From Tubiluchus corallicola (lineage: Eukaryota > Animalia > Priapulida): 64,000 nt of DNA. The stretch spans positions 45,921-109,920 of the forward strand of contig JAQGDQ010000702.1 in NCBI GenBank assembly GCA_030141605.1. Reading direction: 5' to 3'. The position numbers and the translations under genes were made by a program. Shown here one piece after another: positions 13,312-27,990 of the stretch. Below the pieces are notes generated by a model, which saw only the letters and a program-made list of their open reading frames with translations, did no database searches and was not told the DNA's origin. Position 1 is the first letter of the stretch, and every line of letters starts with the position of its first letter.

Positions 13312-13927
13312 CCCTTATAGGGTCCCGGGAGGTAGAAAATTACCCCCAGACCGGTTTTTTGCATTTTACCCTTTTACCATACTCATCCCAGTAAAATTTT
13401 TCTATGACTTTTTCTAAATATGTTTTGTGCACAAAATACTTTCAGTTATTTATTTTAGGCGCATTGTCTCACCACGAAATAAAAGTGAAAATGCAATATG
13501 TCGATTTTTTTAAAATTGTCGAAACTTTACTTCGCTTGTCTATACATTATACGGGCGATGTATCTGATAAAACAAAATGTCAGTTACTCAAATTACTCCA
13601 CCTAAAAGAAGAAAGTAGTAGACAATAAATTCAAAATAACAATGATTTTTGCACACGCGCTAGCAATGTCGGTTGTCTACAGTTATTCCAGCATAGATAA
13701 GGGAACGTAACTAAGTGAATTTAAATTTCGTGTTACTAGTAAGTCACATGTCTTTAAGCAGAGGTATAATGTATCCTATGGTGGTCAGCATAACCACAAA
13801 TTATGCTGTTGCTGTTTACTAATGAAACACGGCGGTTTATCAAAAGTAATTTACGAATTATGGTGAGGGTAATTTTTTAGGACCGGGGTACCAGAAACGG
13901 TTGTAAGAAATCGTGACCCTATAAGGG
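13312..13927. mobile_element. piggyBac-like MITE
   Basis: TTAA|cccttatagggtc ... gaccctataaggg|TTAA: a perfect 13-bp TIR with TTAA TSD. Confidence 0.8.
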
Positions 13928-14510
13928 TTAAAATGGCAGATCAGTAAATTTTTAAACGTGTTTAAACAATAGCAAGATAAACTGGTATTAGCCATAAACT
14001 AAATAGTTTAAAACGCCTTGTGTTGATAGAAAACAATGTTTTAATAAATAACGTGACTGTCTTAAGAACCACTAAGACGCTGACCACTGAGAGATCGTTC
14101 AAGATCAACATCAGTGGCTCAGAACAATTCAGAACGTTTAGTTGATTTGATACTAAAAAGTCTACACTGTGCGTTAAAGGAAAACAGGACGATTTTTCGT
14201 ATACTACCCAATTTTGAAGTCCGATAAAAGTATACATTTTAACACAATTAATACTGTAAAAGCATTTCGGATAATTAAATAATAGATGAAAAACTTAATT
14301 AACAGTGGGCGAGCCCAACTATTAATGGCGTCACAAACTAACATAATTTTCAACAGCAAAAATATTCCACAAGCATGTTGTACTTGTTTGCGAAAGCGAC
14401 AATTGAAGTATAGTGCCACTGGAAGGTATTCAGATAAAAATTCAATTTTACAGCTGTGCTCAAGAGTGAGCTGTCGAACGTGCGAAGATACAGCACCTGT
14501 TTTTTGTGCA

Positions 14511-14577
14511 ATGATGATGATCATGATGATGATGATGATGACGACGACGACGACGACGACGACGATTATGACGATGA

Positions 14578-14611
<34 letters not shown>

Positions 14612-14720
14612 GGTGGTGGTGGTGGTGGTGGTGGTGGTGGTGGTGGTGGTGGTGGTTGTAATGGTGATGGTGGTGGTTTTGGTGGTGCTGTTGGTGTTGG
14701 TGGTGGTGGTGGTGCTGGAG
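14511..14720. repeat. (GAT)/(GAC)/(GGT)n compound microsatellite
   Basis: Directly visible. Confidence 0.93.
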
Positions 14721-15889
14721 GTAGTGATGTTTTCTATTATCACTAGACCTGGTACAACTAACACTGAGGTACTGAAATAAAAAAGGTATACAATTCGATA
14801 CACATTCATCACGGGAAAGGACCAAATGTGGTTGGTTGTAGCAGGACTGAAACCTGGCTGAAAATCAATCTGAAATGAGTCACTAAACCAGCAGGGGTAT
14901 CATACGGGTCTAAACAGCCTCAATCAGCGTGATGAATGAAACTGCCCAAAGTGAGAAAAAGCCCACATTCACCATCCATCCATCCACCGACCAGCTTCAG
15001 TATTACTTACCTTCAGTCGCTAAACTCACGCCCTGACCACCATGACTATTAACCTATTATGACCATTAACCTGGCCCTTACTTACTTCTTAACCTTATTA
15101 AGATTTCCTACGACTGCAAGATATTTCTCTACGACGATGATTTAAAGGAAAGGTATACGCTATTTTACCTTCCCTTCGTTCCTTAATTTCATTTATTTCT
15201 GATGGCAATCTTAGTAATGCTTTTTTGCTTGCTCGCAAGATGGCGTGAAAATTTGCCCCGCTTGAATAAATAACATTGATTTGACAAACGCGGAGTGGCA
15301 CAGATCATGGGACTACTTCTTTTCAGTTGCCAAGCATGCCCCTCAGCGTTTTGTTATTCGATAGTTTCTGCAAGAGATAGAATGATGACTTTACGCTTGG
15401 TTTGATACCGAAGGTCGAAATGTGGCTTTGTTTATTGACAGAAAATTGCTTATTGCACATTTGAACAAATGTCGTCGCAATAGACACGCGGTAAGTACGC
15501 ACGCATACATACGCTGCGTGCGTCGCACGCACTTTGGTCACAGTTATGTTATACTGAAGCTTGGCCACTGCACCTGCATAATTTATATTCGTGTTTGCTT
15601 CATCTATACTTAAAGGGCAAGCAAAGGGAATTTTAGAGTGTATTCTGAGAACCTTTCCAAACAAGTTGTGCTACTCGGCACAATATTTGCCTGCCTGATT
15701 TGAAATGTAATTGAATTGAAACTGTTGTGTAATTGAGAAAGATAATTCTTGAAATGTTCGCGCCAACTTGTGAAACGTTATTGTATCAGCGTCCCAGTGT
15801 GCACCACTGATTCACCAGAAAAACACAATATTGATCTTACTGACAAGACAAAGTAATTAGTTAGCGAACACTGTGATACGAATTTTTTG

Positions 15890-16048
15890 ATTGTTGTTGT
15901 CGTGGTGTTTTTGTTGTTGTTGTTGCTGCTGTTGTTGTTCTTATTGTTGCTCGTGTAGGTGGTGGTGGTGGTGGTGCGATTTTGTTGTTATTGTTGTTGT
16001 TGTTGTTTTGTTTTTGTTATTAATATTATTATCATTATTAATATTATT

Positions 16049-16107
<59 letters not shown>

Positions 16108-16205
16108 ATTCTTGTTGTTTCCTTTTTTTGTTATCATTATCATCATCAACATCAACATCATCATCACCATCATCAACATCAACATCATCATCATTATCAT
16201 GATAT
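15890..16205. repeat. (TTG)n/(ATC)n compound microsatellite
   Basis: Directly visible. Confidence 0.9.
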
Positions 16206-16584
16206 TATTAAGCGCTAACTGTAATGCAATCGATAAATTGGAAAATAAACTGAGACATTGTAAGATTAAGTAATTGTGAAAAAGCAGCAGCCTTCTTATG
16301 GATTTAACACACATCAAATTCTAAATCCTCGCCATCAGTTTCCAGAACTAAACTTTCCAAGTATTTTGCTTCATGCAGAGAAAAATAGTTTGCATTAAGG
16401 TATTTTTACCCTCGAGAAGCGTTCTACTTTCCATAAATCCACAGCCGTTTGGTCTTTTCGAAAATATCCTATTAAATAAATAAAGCAACAAAATATTTTC
16501 TAAGCTGCGAATAAATTCTCATCTATTTTCTATACGTACGTAGGCCTACTTTTTGGTCTTTATGACACTACATCCACGGAGAGT

Positions 16585-17195
<611 letters not shown>

Positions 17196-17747
17196 AATTT
17201 ATTTGTCTCTGAATGTTACAAAATAAACATAAACAAATGGTAAAAACTAAAATAAAGGCGGAAAAGAGACGGGGTGGCGAAAAGACCAAGGGTCAGCAAG
17301 TCAACCACCCCTATCCAAACTGAAGAAAATTAAGTGACCTGTCAAGTAAGGTATGTACAAATGAAAGAAATCAGCAACATAACAAAACAAAAAAATGAGA
17401 CAACAAGTTCAAACGAGTTTAAATTTAAAAACAGCAAATAAATTTGGCAATGAGAAGAGGCAAAATTTAAATTATAAAACAAAACGGAAAATTTAAACTC
17501 ATAAAAACAAAACTAATAATTACATATAAATCAAGAACTCAAACCAACAGAAGAAGTAAAAAATGAAGCAATGTCAAGTCGTGAGTAAATCATCACCGGG
17601 TCAAGTACCTCTATCCAAATTTAAGGAAAGTATATAAACCTGACAAGCACAGACAAGGGACCGAACTGTATTAAAAAATGTCCCTCATCATCATCATCTC
17701 CCAAAACCCAGCTTCCTGACAAAAGAATGTTTTCGTCTAACTCGTGT

Positions 17748-18348
17748 TTCATGCCCATTGTATCAACAAACTAGGGTTGTTATATTTGATAAATTAAATG
17801 AAATACTTCTGCCTGAAAACCTTAATATAGCTGACTCAGGAACTAATGATCTGTTGAAGTTGTTATTATTCGGAAAAGATGAATTTAACTATGTTGCTAA
17901 CTGTAAAATATTCCAATGCATATATGACGTTATATTACGTAGTAAACGCTTCCAGTAGTTTCTATCTGATATAAAATGCATCAGTCTTAAATATTTGTAC
18001 ATTAATGTTTTCTAACCGACATTTTCTACTAACGTCTAATGTAATCTTGTAGTAAAACTTGTCAGCTTGTGTAGCTATAGTCTATTCTTACTGTAAATGT
18101 TACTAATGTCTAATGTAATCTTGTAGTAAAACTTGTCAGCTTGTGTAGGTATAGTCTATTCTTACTGTAAATGTTACTAATGTCTAATGTAATCTTGTAG
18201 TAAAACTTGTCAGCCTTATGTAGGTATAGTCTATTCTTACTCTAAATGTTTTTGTAAATAGTGTATAAAGTCTGTTGTGGTGAGGATCCTAAATCATGTC
18301 GTTCAAACTGTCTGATCCAACCCTGTAATAAATTATGTTTAAACTAAA
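17748..18348 (+). mobile_element. 5'-truncated LINE 3' end (CR1/L2-group-like C-terminus) with a ~70-bp unit triplicated in the 3' UTR
   Basis: SCPLYQQTR...LLLFGKDEFNYVANCKIFQCIYDVILRSKRFQ*, then 3' UTR and aataaattatgtttaaactaaa. A second copy lies at 26268-26702. Confidence 0.7.
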
Positions 18349-19130
18349 TTTCAAGGTAAAAATAACGTTAATTTTCTCTGTCTTTTCTCCCAAAAACAAT
18401 AGACCTCTTCCTGACAATAGAATGTTTTCATCTAACTCGTGTCTCATTACACAAACATCGCAATACAATCCATCGCACGGAAGTTATGATTTATTGTCAC
18501 GCTCGCCCCTTTTTGCTTGATCACAATGCTGTAACATAAAATTAATATTATTTTATTACGTAATAACTATTTGCATTCGCACTCGGCGCTGGCGTTTTAC
18601 GATCGTAATCGAATTCCGGTCAACTTGTTTCAGCTGCAAACTGCTGTCGAGTCGAATACGTTGATGGAGCGAAGTGCTTATAAAAACTTGCAACATTACT
18701 ACCCCTTTCAGTGGAGAAATGTGGTTACAGAGTGGTTGCAACCGGTTACAGAAAAGTCCTTGCGTTTGACCCAAGAGCAACAGACGTTGTTGTTATTCAT
18801 TAGTTGCGCCGTGCAGGCAAGCTGATAAAAAAGCTGAAAAATAGCGGACCGAAGATTGCGCCCTGCGGGCAACCCGTGCGTAAGCTGTGTCCACCGCTAC
18901 GTGTAATCTGTAATGGTTTGTGAATGCCACGTCTAACGTTATTTAAACAGGATAAATCGAATCTTTCATTTTCTTTCTCAGTTACAAAAATCATAAAAAG
19001 GGAAAATAAACATGTGTCTATAAAATAAATTATTGTAAGGAACTAAACTCAAAACGACAGTTTAAATGCACATCGAAGAAACAAAAAAATGTAACGAATT
19101 ATTATAAATGTTATAAGTGTAATAATTGGG

Positions 19131-19132
<2 letters not shown>

Positions 19133-19197
<65 letters not shown>

Positions 19198-19286
19198 GTC
19201 TGTCTGTCTCTCTCTGCCTCTCTCTCTCCCTCTCTCTTTCTCTCACTCTCTCAGTCTCTCTCTCTTTGCCTCTCTCTCTCCCTCTG

Positions 19287-19365
<79 letters not shown>

Positions 19366-19380
19366 TTTCTTTCTTCTTTT
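19133..19380. repeat. (CT)n microsatellite
   Basis: Directly visible. Confidence 0.95.
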
Positions 19381-19774
19381 CTCCCTTCCCTACTTTAACT
19401 CTTGCATATAAACCTTTCTGACTAATGCATTTTACTTTTCCGGAGACACCAAGTAGCGAACTGACTCCAAAGCCGGCCAGCCAGTTAAAGCAAACCAAGC
19501 AGACTTAAGACCAATCACACTTCCAAAATTCACGCAAAACACACTGAACGATATCGCACAACTTTCTCGATAATGGGCAAGAAATTGCAAGTGCAAACAA
19601 AATATTGCTCTATGATGACCTTAAAATCAATTACCTTCTTTAGAAAGCCAAACGTCACACAAATCTATATGCATTAAAAGATAACAATGTTTTTGCCAAG
19701 GCAACAGCGCACTAATTTCGTCACTTAAGCAAACGTCTTTAGTCACCTACAGACAGCATTTACTTTAAAGTATC

Positions 19775-19996
19775 ATGATCATGATGGTGATGACGATAAT
19801 GACAATAACGTGACATTTATAAAAACAATGATGATGATGCTGATGCGGATGATGATGATGTTGGTTATGACGGTAATGATGCTGTTGAAAATGATGATGA
19901 TTTTGATTATTATTATTATGATGATGATGATGATGATGATGACGATCACAACGATGAAGAGGAAGATGATGCTGGTGACGATGATGATGATGACAT

Positions 19997-20034
<38 letters not shown>

Positions 20035-20128
20035 CTGATGACGATAATAATGATGTTGTTAGTGATGATGACATTGATGATGATGATAATGATGATGATG
20101 GTGGTGGTGATGACGATAATAATGATGA

Positions 20129-20217
<89 letters not shown>

Positions 20218-20242
20218 CTGATGATGATGATGATGATGTTGG

Positions 20243-20319
<77 letters not shown>

Positions 20320-20410
20320 CTGATGATGATGATGATGATGATGATGATGTTGATGACATTGATGATGATGTTGGTTATGACGGTAATGATGCTGTTGAAA
20401 ATTATGATGA

Positions 20411-20502
<92 letters not shown>
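19775..20502. repeat. Long degenerate (GAT)n microsatellite
   Basis: Directly visible; explains the poly-M ORF. Confidence 0.95.
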
Positions 20503-20504
<2 letters not shown>

Positions 20505-21409
20505 AACAAAATACAGTAAGTACTAGTTGCTAACAGTAAGAATTCCCAGTACTGTCCACTTTGCGATTATATAGATTTAGCGGCCCTAAGCACTCCGTCT
20601 TGCTATTAATAATTCACATTGGTAACTTAGAGCTGCAATACCTGTGGGCTTCCCGAGAGAGAGACAGACAGAGAAAGAGCCATCAACACACAGATCTGTG
20701 ATAGGCCTGCACTACATCATGTCCACACAAAAGCTTGCAAAAACTTTCATATTTCACTCGGCTGTGTGCTGAGCTAATGGCTTCGTTACATTTTATCACG
20801 TTATGACGCCAGGGCTTCATTGTTTTACCAAACCGGCTCATTTGATGTCGAGCTTTGTGCTCACTTCCGACGACACCTACTGACAGAAAGTGGATTGTTT
20901 TGACGTTTGAAGGCAGATGAAATGTAGTAAAAAAATCCTTAGCCGTTCTTTGAAAAAGTTGAATAATTTTTGAGAGGCATTTTGGGATAGGCTACCCAAT
21001 GGAGAAGTTTTATTTGACCTAATTACTCAAAGGAAACCCGATCCAATCTTAAACTGCAGGTCAAAACAATCTACTCTTTAAAATATTGAAAGGAAAGAAA
21101 CTATTTTTCCAAAAATGACTTACGTAAAAGAAATATTACCACACAAACACAATTTCACGTTCGCGCCACTAGTTCTTCACTGTTACATGCATTTCACCAT
21201 TCGCTAGTTAGAGGGGCACTAGCGCCTGTATTTTGGAAACACGTTGCACAAAGAACAGGTGCTGTATCTCTCAGTTCAGATGTGTTGGTTTGTAACGAAC
21301 TACACACGTTCGGCAGCTCATGCGGTGAATTTGAAATTTGAATTTTTATTTTAAAACTTGTCTAGTTTTAGTACAGCACCCTGAATATCTTACAGCAGCA
21401 CTGAACTTC

Positions 21410-21537
21410 CGTCAAATATGTCATGATGTGATGGTGATTTTGGAATAAGACGATGATTGCCCATTTTGGACAATAAAAAATCATAAATTACATCTGAAAG
21501 ACTGTTGGCGTTGTATTTGGCGTATGTCGCGCACACC
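21410..21537. repeat. Dispersed repeat, direct copy at ~51650-51772
   Basis: gtcaaatatgtcatgatgtgat...gcccattttggacaataaaaaatcataaat...tgtcgcgcacac occurs at both sites. Confidence 0.8.
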
Positions 21538-23104
21538 ATTAGACTGTACAGTACATGTATTGGTGCTCCCCCCTCCCTCATAAATTCATGGCAGCGTGAC
21601 TGATTAACGCTTCATTTACATAAGACTTTACACAATCTTTTTACTTATACACAGGTTTATTTTAGTTTTTTCACAATAACCGCACACATGTATTAGTTTG
21701 TGACGTACCGCACACGTTCGATAGCTCATGTGAGTATAGCGTTAAATTTAAAATTTGAGTTTTTGTCTTAAAACTTTCCTAGTTTTAGTGCAGCACTCTG
21801 AATATCTTACAGTAGCACTTGAAAATGTAATACAGAGGTTTGCAAATGCAGACCTCAAAAATAAGCGCGCTAATTTATTCTATTGTAATCACAATATACT
21901 TACAAGGCAATTCTGCCTTTAATAAAACTTGGAAACAAAATTTTACTTTTAAATACATGGTGGAAACTGCATTAGACTGCACAGTACATGTATAAGTGCC
22001 CCCCCCTTATAAATTCTTGCCAGCGTGCCTGATTAACACTGCATGTGAATAAGACTTTACACGGTCTTTTTGTTTACAAACCATTTATTTTAGTACTTAT
22101 TGATTTTGTTTATTTTGTTTCACTGTAACAGCATACATAGAATAACGCCCGACACGACACTGTTAAAAACAACAAAATTCGCAGGTAAAGGTTAGTTTAC
22201 ATTGGAAAATAAACACATCAGTGCATATTGTCTTGCACACTGCCACTCTGAAATAAATCCAGTTTTTCCCTCGAGCTTCTTCTCTGCGGAATTATTCACG
22301 CAATTGTTTTCCTGTTAACAATAACCTTTCCCAATTCAAGAGCATGAACAGTTCTTGCCGGCTTGTGTTTAATTTAACTGCTTAAGGGACAAGAAAAGGC
22401 CTAGTTAAAGCAAGTCTCAGAAAATTTTCGCTAAAGATTTATAACTGTTAGAGGCAATATCACTGTTTTATCAAACTCACGGTAAAAGAATTTCTTGTTT
22501 GTTTTCATTTTAAATACTCCCGCGAGACTGTCATGGTGGCGCCATATCAGACGGTGTCATAGAACCACAACACAAATCTTTATACTACACGTGCTCAGAA
22601 CTCACTGCGACTGTGTTCGAGTGATGTCATGCCACGTGATCAGTCACATGCTGGCTTTTCAATTGGCGGACTAAATGAAACATGTCTGCGCCAACGTTTA
22701 CTGCAGCGGTTAAAATATTTTTTACAAAAATTGGAGCAAATGCGAAAACGTGAGTACTTTATTCGCTCAAGATTATACTTAGATGATATAATTTTTTATT
22801 GCGAATTTTCTGAGGCTTACTTTGTTCCGCCAATTTTTTGTTCTTTAATTCCTCGCTTAACAAATATTTGCAGTCCAGTAAAACTCGGCGTTAAGCGAAA
22901 CGTCATTAACCTAATCCATGACTTCCACTGTAAGTAGCGTAAAAGAACTGAGATACTTCACAGAGGGTAAAATCAATGCTGCTTTAATTTAAGCGTATAA
23001 ATTAAACGTTTTGTGAGTTTTATTCACACGTCTACTGATTAATTTCTTTGCTAGACTGAGATAACTGAATTTTTGTTTTTTGATTGTAGGCCTAAGATCA
23101 TAGC

Positions 23105-23670
23105 TTTTGGCAAATCTCAATATCGAAAAATTGTTTTTTGATCGTAGGCCTAAGATCGTACTTTATTTGTACAGGAAACAGTGAGAAATAATAAAATTCT
23201 TAAGTCTGAGGTAACTGAATTTTTGTGTTCCGTCATCATCAGTTTTTATTAATGGGTTGAAAATTAATCAACAGCATGCAGTCGGGTGAGAGAAGAAATC
23301 ATTAGAAAGCTCGTTTGCCTTGGGCATTTTGGTCAATTTAGTTTTATTTAATAACAAGACGGTTTTTGCCGGCGGCAATAGTTATGGTGGTGGTGGTGGT
23401 TGGATAGTGGTTACGATGATGATGACAGTAATGATGAATGATAATGGTGATGATGACGATGATGACAGTGGTGATGGTAAGGACGGTGATGATGATGATG
23501 AAGGTGGCAATGATGATGAGGATGGTGGTCGAGGTGAGTGAGAGGAAAAAACGAGTTTGGAACCATTAGTATCTTTTGGGACACATGCAAAAATTGGAGA
23601 GAAAAAGGAGAGAGAGATGGAGAGAGAGGGAGAGAAACAGAGAGAGAGAGGCAGAGACAGAAAGAGAAAG
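23105..23670. repeat. Left arm of ~570-bp inverted repeat flanking tRNA-Lys
   Basis: Reverse complement of ~25530-26107 (e.g. aatgggttgaaaattaatcaacagcatgcagtcggg), with scattered mismatches and indels. Confidence 0.9.
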
Positions 23671-24444
23671 AGCTTTTCTTTTCTCATCCGCTACGTTTCT
23701 AAAGGGTTATCGAATTTTGACGAAATTAGCATTGCTGGACAGCGCTAAAAAAAGCTGTACCGGGCGTGTCAAAAAATCAATAAGCAGATGGCGATTATTT
23801 GTAGCTAAAACGCTAAAAGATAAGCAGCAGCCGATCGCCTAAGGCGCAAAAGTGGACTTTGATTCGATTTTGCACCTGTGCAGATGCTGCGCTATCAATT
23901 TTGTAGAATCCTGTAACGTTCACATGCTTAAAGGAAGACCTATAATTTACCATATAAGTTTGAATTCGTGCGGCTGGTAGCGCCCTCTAGCGGACGATAA
24001 AACTGCCTAGTTGTGAATTTGATTAAATTAAAGCCAGGAAATAAATTTCTTGAGGAGCAATAACCTTAAACGGCTCTCTACCTGAAATTCCATGTACTAT
24101 ATTACTTAAATGAAGACCAGGTGATTGTTTAGACTCAATCTCATTTTAATTTACTGTCCAAAATATACATTTTCTTGCCTATAAAAGTTAGCAATTGTTT
24201 CTTATATTTGAATAATTAGATTATTAACGGCAATCGAACACAGCTATTGCTTACGTCAGAAACTAACCACAGTTTGTGCAATGGCAGGCGTCTTCCTTTG
24301 CGCGTCAAGCACGTTTGCATAGGTGTTACTGCTTAAACGCGTGATGTCACGAAAATGGGCATTACATCATATGTTGTCAGAAACTAACCTCGCAGTTCAT
24401 GATCACGGTTATCACGGTACCGCCTTCTATTTATCGGCTACACG

Positions 24445-24620
24445 CATGTGACAAAAAGGCCAATCTTAGTAGATTCACTGGGCCGCGCGTAGCTTTGAAA
24501 GTTTAACAAAATTTGAGTATCCGAGATAATTATTATTTAGTCTAGCCATTGATTTAAAAAAAGCTGTTGTATTTTTCAATATTTTAGAGCATTCTTTATT
24601 CTGAACTAAAGTCTACACAA
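24445..24620. repeat. Dispersed repeat, direct copy at ~29266-29450
   Basis: gccaatcttagtagattcactg...gcgcgtagctttgaaagtttaacaaaatttgagtatccgag is shared. Confidence 0.8.
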
Positions 24621-25049
24621 TCGTTCGGATCTCCATTAAACGATGGCTGATTCTGACCTAATGTATCTAAAGTTGTGAGGAAAAATCTCGTCTTATTCTT
24701 AAAAAAGCAATAAAAACTATGAGAATAAGAACTATCCGATAATATTCTTTTTCCAATGGTGCAATTTCAGCACCCAGTCTTGCTACTAAAAAGGATTTTC
24801 AATTAAGAAAACATACTTAATAGCCTGTATATGTAAAAGCGACACAACAACTGTTTGTGCTGTGTTAGGAAAACTCCGAATACAGTACACACTTTTTTCA
24901 CTCATTTACGTACATTTCTAAACTCGTAGTTCTTGTCTTATGATATGAAATTGGCCTCGCAAGACCAGATTTCGAAAATAAAGTACGTAAATGAAAAAAA
25001 TGCTTTGCTGCTGTATGAGTAGCTTCCTTAACTTACAATTTTCTAGGGA

Positions 25050-25122
25050 GCCCGGTTAGCTCAGTCGGTAGAGCATCAGACTTTTAATCTGAGGGTCAAG
25101 GGTTCAAGTCCCTTATTGGGCG
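25050..25122 (+). tRNA. tRNA-Lys, anticodon TTT
   Basis: GCCCGGTTAGCTCAGTCGGTAGAGCATCAGACTTTTAATCTGAGGGTCAAGGGTTCAAGTCCCTTATTGGGCG: 73 nt, all four stems pair, A and B boxes intact. Confidence 0.93.
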
Positions 25123-25130
25123 TTCGTTAC

Positions 25131-25136
25131 TTTTTT
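25131..25136 (+). terminator. RNA polymerase III terminator (T6)
   Basis: TTTTTT 8 nt after the tRNA 3' end. Confidence 0.7.
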
Positions 25137-25494
25137 CCGTAAATATATATATATAGAAAAAATATATTCACGTAATGTGTTTACCCTAAGAGTCAATTTC
25201 ATTGCCAACCCTTTCAAACGATGTCTTTCTGAAAATAAATCTTCAAAATGTGTTTTGTATTTTCAACATCTACAGTTTTTTAAGATCTCGTTTAATAATT
25301 TATTATAAATGGCGCGAACGTTTTTCTATTTCCCGGGGAACAGTAATTACTAATAAGCAGGTTAAATAGGCGTTAAATGAGTTTGTAATTTTGCAATAAA
25401 TCCGGAAATTCCGGAAATTTTTATTAATAAGAAACTTCGTTGCTCACAGCATGTGCGATAATTTCCGTCTGAGTTGTCTGAATGCAAAATCCCC

Positions 25495-25529
<35 letters not shown>

Positions 25530-25531
<2 letters not shown>

Positions 25532-25560
25532 TCTGTCTCTGTTTCTGCCTCTCTCTCTGC

Positions 25561-25619
<59 letters not shown>

Positions 25620-26107
25620 ATCTCTCTTTTTTCTCTCCCATTTTTGCATGTGTCCCAAAAGATATTAAATTAATGGTGCCAAACTCGTTTTTTCCTCTCA
25701 CTCACCTCCACCACCTCATCATCACAATCACCGTCCTTACCATCACCATTGTGATCATCGTTATCATCGCCATTATCATTCATCATTACTGCCATCATCA
25801 TCGTAACCACTATCCTACCACCACCACCACTATTGCCACCGCAATAACAGCCTTGTTGGTAAATAAAACTGAATTGACCAAAATGCACAAGGCAAACGAG
25901 CTTCCTAATTATTTCTTCTCTTGCCCGACTGCATGCTGTTGATTAATTTTCAACCCATTAATGAAAACTGATACTGATGGAACACAAAAATTCAGTTACC
26001 TCAGACTTAAGTATAACATATTCTATTATTTCTCACTGTTTCCTGTACAAGTAAAGTACGATCTTAGGCCTACGAAACAATTTTTCGATAATGAGATTTG
26101 ACAAAAA
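25530..26107. repeat. Right arm of inverted repeat flanking tRNA-Lys
   Basis: Reverse complement of 23105-23670. Confidence 0.9.
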
Positions 26108-26267
26108 CAATTAAAATTAATTTATGCAAAAACTGCTGTGCATGCATAAGTTAGAAACCCACAACTAACTACAACTTGAAGCAACTTAAATTCTACCTTT
26201 TCTTGAAATAAAAACAACTTTCACTCAAATGAATTGCTATTGGCAGAAACATTAAGGTAAAACTGCC

Positions 26268-26702
26268 AAGGTTGTTATGTTTGAAAAAATAAATCAAATA
26301 CTTCTGCCCGAAAACATTGATATAGCTGCCTTAGGAACTAACGATCTGTTGAAGTTGTTATTACTCGGAAAGATGAATTTAACTATGTTGCTAACTGTAA
26401 AATATTCGAATGCATACACATGACTTTATACTACTTACTAAACGCTTCTAGTAGTTTCTATGTGATATAAAATGCATCAGTTTTAAATATTCGCACATTA
26501 ATATTTTCTAACCGTCATTTTCTACTAATGTCTAATGTAACCTCGTAGTAAAACTTGTCAGCTTATGTAGTTATAGTCTAATCTTAGTGTAAATGTTTTT
26601 GTAAATAGTGTATAAAGTCTGTTGTGTTGAGGATCCTAAATCGTGTTGTTCATACGTATTGTTGTCTGATCCAATCCTATAATAAATTATGTTTAATCTA
26701 AA
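26268..26702 (+). mobile_element. Second, more degraded 3' fragment of the LINE at 17748-18348
   Basis: Direct similarity over ~430 bp with a single copy of the ~70-bp unit and the same tail. Confidence 0.75.
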
Positions 26703-27499
26703 CGACCAAATTTGGTAAATCCAGAAATCACTAGTTTAGTGACCTTTTACAGCGCTTATTTTGCAGTTTTAATAAAAATACAACAAATTTGTAACACACA
26801 CAAGGGTTATTTCAGAAGTCATTATCTGTATTTTTAACAAACGAAGTAAAACGCTCGCGTAAGAGCTTGTTTGGATTTAGCGAAAAATTTAAAAAGAAAA
26901 TGAGAAAACAGTGTACAGTGACTTTCGAGACACCCTGTATTTTAAGTACAGTATCTTCACTCCTCCCACACAACAGAAATCAAGACCATATGGTTATCTC
27001 TATTTTATATAATAATTACTAGAGGAGCAAAAGCGCCTCCTTGTGGAACTCCTGATTAGTTCACACAAAGTCAAACTTCAATACGCATGCACAAAGGACA
27101 ATAAATTCTTGCATATATTTCGCATAGCTATTATATAGTTGTTTTAGTAGTTTTCGAGGAAACAATAACTCCCGTAGTGACAGTTATCGTATGCATATCA
27201 GAATGGAAACACTTCTTCAGGGAAAGAAAGGCAACTCTATTAATTTTATTTTATTACCTTTGATGTAGTTTATTTGTCCGAATGTCTTACTTCACGTTAA
27301 TGAAGAAGAATGTATAGTATTTTTGTCGTCTTGTTTCGTCTCAGTAGTGCAGTTCGTTTATTAAGGGTCAGTTGCACTTGTGCCTTGCAGATAGGAAAGA
27401 GAAAAAAGAAGAGTAAAAGAGGAAGGAGGGACAAAAAAGGTAAACAGAAGCTATAAAAACAAAACAAATGTAAGGAGTTTGGAAAGAATGAAGGCGAGA

Positions 27500-27602
27500 A
27501 AAGAGCAGAAAAATGAGGAGAGAGACAGAGAGAAAGAGGGAGAGAGAGAGGAGGAGGAGAGAAAGAAAGAGGGAGTGAGAGGAGAGGAGAGAGAAGAGAG
27601 AA

Positions 27603-27643
<41 letters not shown>

Positions 27644-27749
27644 AAGACAGAGAGCAAGACAAGAGAGAGAGAGAGAGTGAGAGACAGTAAGAGAGAGAGG
27701 GGGAGAAAGAGAGAAAAAGAGAAAGAGAGAGAGGGTGGAAGACAGAAAC

Positions 27750-27786
<37 letters not shown>

Positions 27787-27802
27787 AATTTTTTTATTTT
27801 CG

Positions 27803-27861
<59 letters not shown>

Positions 27862-27946
27862 GTGCTTTGTGTTGTTTATTTACTTGTATTTTTAACGACA
27901 CAAAATGACACAAGAGAGACACAGAGAGAGAGAGAGAGAGAGAGAG

Positions 27947-27988
<42 letters not shown>

Positions 27989-27990
27989 TA
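27500..27990. repeat. (GA)n and (TA)n microsatellites
   Basis: Directly visible. Confidence 0.9.

Noticed and set aside
18800-18900. Minus-strand GCPQGAIFGPLFF resembling a LINE reverse-transcriptase motif
   Set aside because: Isolated motif; I could not find a following YADD-like motif or other RT blocks.
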